A DNA stretch of 64,000 nt, from the NCBI GenBank assembly GCA_002245135.1, contig NGBS01001162.1, positions 62,001 through 126,000 on the forward strand, given 5' to 3'. The stretch's first letter is position 1. The number at the start of each line of letters is the position of its first letter. The stretch comes from Proteromonas lacertae. Lineage: Eukaryota. This document shows positions 60,210 to 64,000 of the stretch, piece after piece. Made by a program: the position numbers and the translations under genes. Below the pieces are notes generated by a model. It was not told where the DNA came from and searched no databases. It worked only from the letters and a program-made list of their open reading frames with translations.

Positions 60210-63200
60210 TTATATTTTCACATTCTTCTTCTTTTCAGTTGGTTTATGACTTGCATGTCCACTACTTTTAGATCTTAACACTAACAGAACAACTACAACT
60301 GCAATAATAACAACTACAACAACGCAAGCAGCAATTACTATAATGATTGTTGTACTTAATCCACCACTTTCATCATCACTACCACGATCTATATTTGTTC
60401 TTTCTACACTCACTTCTACACCAACAAATTTATATTCATTTTCTTCACCTTCTACATTTTCCTTGATTTCAGATGATAGTAATGATGGTGTTTTTATTAT
60501 TTTTTCAGCTAAACTATTCACTGCACTGTAAGTTGTTGTTTTAGGAATATGAATTATTATCTGGATTTCTGCTTTTGTTGATTCTTGCCCAACTATCTTT
60601 ATCTCTATATCATCCAATTCTAAAATTATTCCATTATTATTATATAATGATTGAACTGATATTTGAATCACATTTATATCAGAACTATTTAAAGAATCTC
60701 TCAAATTAGATAATGTAACTTTTAATCCTATCTCTGTTGGTGATTCAGGTTGTTTTTCGGAAGTTGTGATTTTTACACTTTTACCTTTCACATTACTTTC
60801 TTCAGTAGTTACTAAGTTGATTTCTTTTTGAAATATTGATGCATCATTCACTAAATCATAGATGATTGAAGTTACTGAGATTTTATCATCTTCATCAATT
60901 CCTAATGTTATTGTTATTGAAAATGTATCACTCACAGATAATGCTCTTCTTCTTCTTGAGGGAATTCCTATCTTTATTAACATATCAGAATATTTCAATT
61001 CCACATGATATTTTCTAAATGTTCGAATTATGGCTGTTCTTATTACAAAATCATCTTCATTCTTTAATTCACTCATTATAACATCATAAAATGTAATATA
61101 GAACAATACATTACTCTTAGATGGATTTAATGTTGGTATTGTATCACTTGAATGACATAATTCATCTTCAGGATCATTCCATATACCAGATGGTGGATAT
61201 TCTTCACTCTTTGTTATACATTCTCTTGTTTGATAACCAATATCATTTTCATCTTCACAAGGAATCATTGATGCAGAACCATATACTGCTTCACTCCATG
61301 GTGGATTATCTCTACAATAAATTCCTCTAATAACTAATGGTTGTGTATATGTATTGGTGTATTTATTATTTACTGTTAATCGAATTGAAATATTGAAGTT
61401 TTGTGGAATTGAACTTGACATATTGATTCTACCATTATTTTCATCTACTATTAAAACCATATCTGTTCTTGGTGTTAATAATTCATATTTTATATTATCT
61501 CCTCTTGTTAATATTGGCAATATTGAATATGTTTCACTTATATAAAACTGTTTTAAGTTATAATCAACTAATGGCTTACATTCACTTTCATCTAAATTTT
61601 CATATTTAGGATTAATCTCATGTGAACATCGGATTTTTATATTTCCATCTAAATTATATGGACAATCTCTTTCAACTGCATCTCCTGCATTGGTTGTACC
61701 ATATTCTTCACTCTTACACTCTGGTTGAATTAGTGATAATATAAATTTCGCTGGTGTAGATTCTTTATTATATGAACTTTTTGCTACAACAGTAAATTCA
61801 AATGATTTATCACCTACGGAGAATTGATTGATTGAAAACTCTCCATTTGTTTCATTAAATGTAATATAAAATGTTGCTCCTGATTTTAATACAAATGATG
61901 CAATATCTCCTAAGGCTGATTTAGGCTTTACAGTTATTACTTCGAATCCAATGTATAACATTTCTGTTTCATTATATTCTATCTCTGGAATACATTTACT
62001 TAAATCTGGTTCAAGCCAAACTGGATTTCTTGAATTGGAACATTTCACTGTATAATTTGCACTTACTCCATCACATTTTGCTTCATACACTGCATTTGCT
62101 GGTGTTGCTGGATATCCTTTCTCTTCATTTGCTTTACATTCTGGTTGTGTTACAACTAATGTTAATTCTACACCATTTGTATAAAATTCTTCTTCTTTAT
62201 AATTCACATAACCAGCTACAGATATTTTATATTCTCCTTTATCAGTTGGTTTTCCACTTATTACACCACTTGTCGATATTGTTATACCTTTTGGTAATTC
62301 TCCTTTCAATACTTTATATCCATTCAATGTCAATGAACCAGACTTTTTAGGAGTATCAGTCTTATCAGTAAAACCTATATAGAAATCATAACTTTCTTTT
62401 TCATAACTTATATTAACCATCGATTTACAATCAGTTATTTCTTCTCCCCATACTCCTGGATAGATTGCTTCACAGGTCTTTGTAACAAATCCGTATTGAT
62501 TATTGGAACAACCATTTTTACTAGTTGCTGTTTCTTTTATTGGAGTTGATGGGTATTCTTCATTTCCTTCACATTCTAAATGTTTCACTGTTATTATGAC
62601 TGTTAAATTCTTTGAATCAGCTCCATCTCCATTTCTTTTCTTTCCAATTACTATCATGGATAATTCTTCATTTTCTTTTGTTGAATAATCTGAATTTGCT
62701 CCATTATAGGTTATTTCACCACTTCCTTCATCAATTGTAACTAGAGATGAAATGTTTTCATTGATTTCTAATATTTGATAATAATCAATTGTATTAAGTA
62801 CATTTGTTACTTTACTACTATTCTTGAAGTAAGTATAAAATTCTATCTTGTTCTCTGAATTATATTCAAATTTTGGAACACAGTATCTATCATTTACTTC
62901 TCCAAATATTGGATTCTTTTCTAATGGACATAATCTATACTTATATCCTTCACCACTTTCACAATTCTCTAATTTTGATTTTTCACCTATATTCACTTCA
63001 CCAAATCCATCTTCACTTCTCTGACATTTAAGCTGTGTTATTTTCATTGTAATTGGTAGTTCATTTGATTGATATACAATATCTTCATCAGTTACATTAC
63101 CTTGAATCTTTAATACATATGTTCCATCTGAACCTTTACTTGGTATTCCTCTTAATTTACCATTCTCTTCATTAAATGACAAACCAATAGTTTCTATATC

Positions 63201-64000
63201 TTCTATTCTTACTCCATCTTTTGATAAGGTAAAACCATATTTCATTGATAATCCTTCATAATCGTTTGTATTACTCCATATGATTTCTTCAGTTTCACTT
63301 TCTAAATCAACAAATAATTCATTCATATTTCCACTATAAGATATTGAAGGTAAAATTCTGCAATGATCTTCTGTACTATCTTCGTCCCAACTGGCTGGAT
63401 ATTCAGCTTTACACTTCTTCAGTTTATAACCATATTTACCACTTTCACAAACACTAGATCTTCCTATTTCACCTGCCATTGTATCTGGAAATCCATTCAT
63501 TTTACTACATCCATGATATGTCACAATTACAGTTAAATCGATTGTTTTCTCATATTTACTATTCTTCAGTTTCAATTTTATATTGTAATTTCCTTCTAAT
63601 TTGGTTGTTCCATGAATTATTCCACTTTTTCTTTCGATTATCAATCCTTCAGGAAGAGTTGTACCATCTGTTAATTCATATGAATCTACTTGGATTGAAC
63701 TTAACGGAGGTATTGAATTCTGAACACCTGTATAAAATTGAAGAGTAGGATATGTTGCACTTGGTTCTGGCAATTCACATTTAGAATCATCAACAATAAG
63801 TTCAGGATTCTTTTTTTTTGGACATGTTAATGTGATTGTACCTATTTTTCCATCAGGACAACTGACTTCTTTTGTTTCACCTGTTAACATTTCATCCCAA
63901 CTATCACTTGTACATTTATATTCTATTCAATTATATAATTAATAATAACATTATACGTTTTATATATATCATTATATTAAAAGTTTTGGTTGTTTCTAAT
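60210..64000 (-). CDS. Third giant type-I membrane protein (He_PIG + HormR-like repeats, SEA-like domains, TM); 5' part lies outside the window
   Basis: 1226-codon ORF with LPEGLIIERKSGIIHG and LPKGITISTSGVISGKP repeats, Cys modules (CEGNEEYPSTPIKETATSKNGC...W), TM IIIVIAACVVVVVIIAVVVVLLVL. An intron at about 63923-63956 precedes an open upstream exon running to the window edge. Confidence 0.88.

Overview
Gene-dense, very AT-rich eukaryotic nuclear DNA using the standard code (TAA, TAG and TGA all act as stops), with many tiny GT-AG introns (about 23-65 nt, typically GTAT...TAG) and short intergenic gaps. The intron size and the He_PIG-rich surface proteins suggest a Blastocystis/Opalinata-like gut stramenopile; this is inference only. 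Manual splicing gives about 17 genes: long-chain acyl-CoA synthetase, VARP-like VPS9 protein, BLOC1S1, POC5-like, RBBP4/MSI1, a coiled-coil protein, importin-4-like, a degenerate EF-hand protein, an LRR protein, insulin-degrading enzyme, two disrupted LicD paralogs, a PMCA Ca-ATPase with a Cys/His insert, a MATH-ankyrin-RING protein, and three giant, nearly intron-free type-I membrane proteins. The giants are the standout system. They are built from shared modules: He_PIG/cadherin-like Ig repeats, PA14 and galactose-binding-like lectin folds, HormR-like Cys modules, and juxtamembrane SEA-like domains with R-x-L-type cleavage motifs. One carries an N-terminal gametolysin-like (M11) metalloprotease and has a frame break at a repeat junction that a cryptic 34-nt intron would repair, so it could yield secreted and membrane-anchored forms. 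All family assignments are by eye from motifs; no searches were run.
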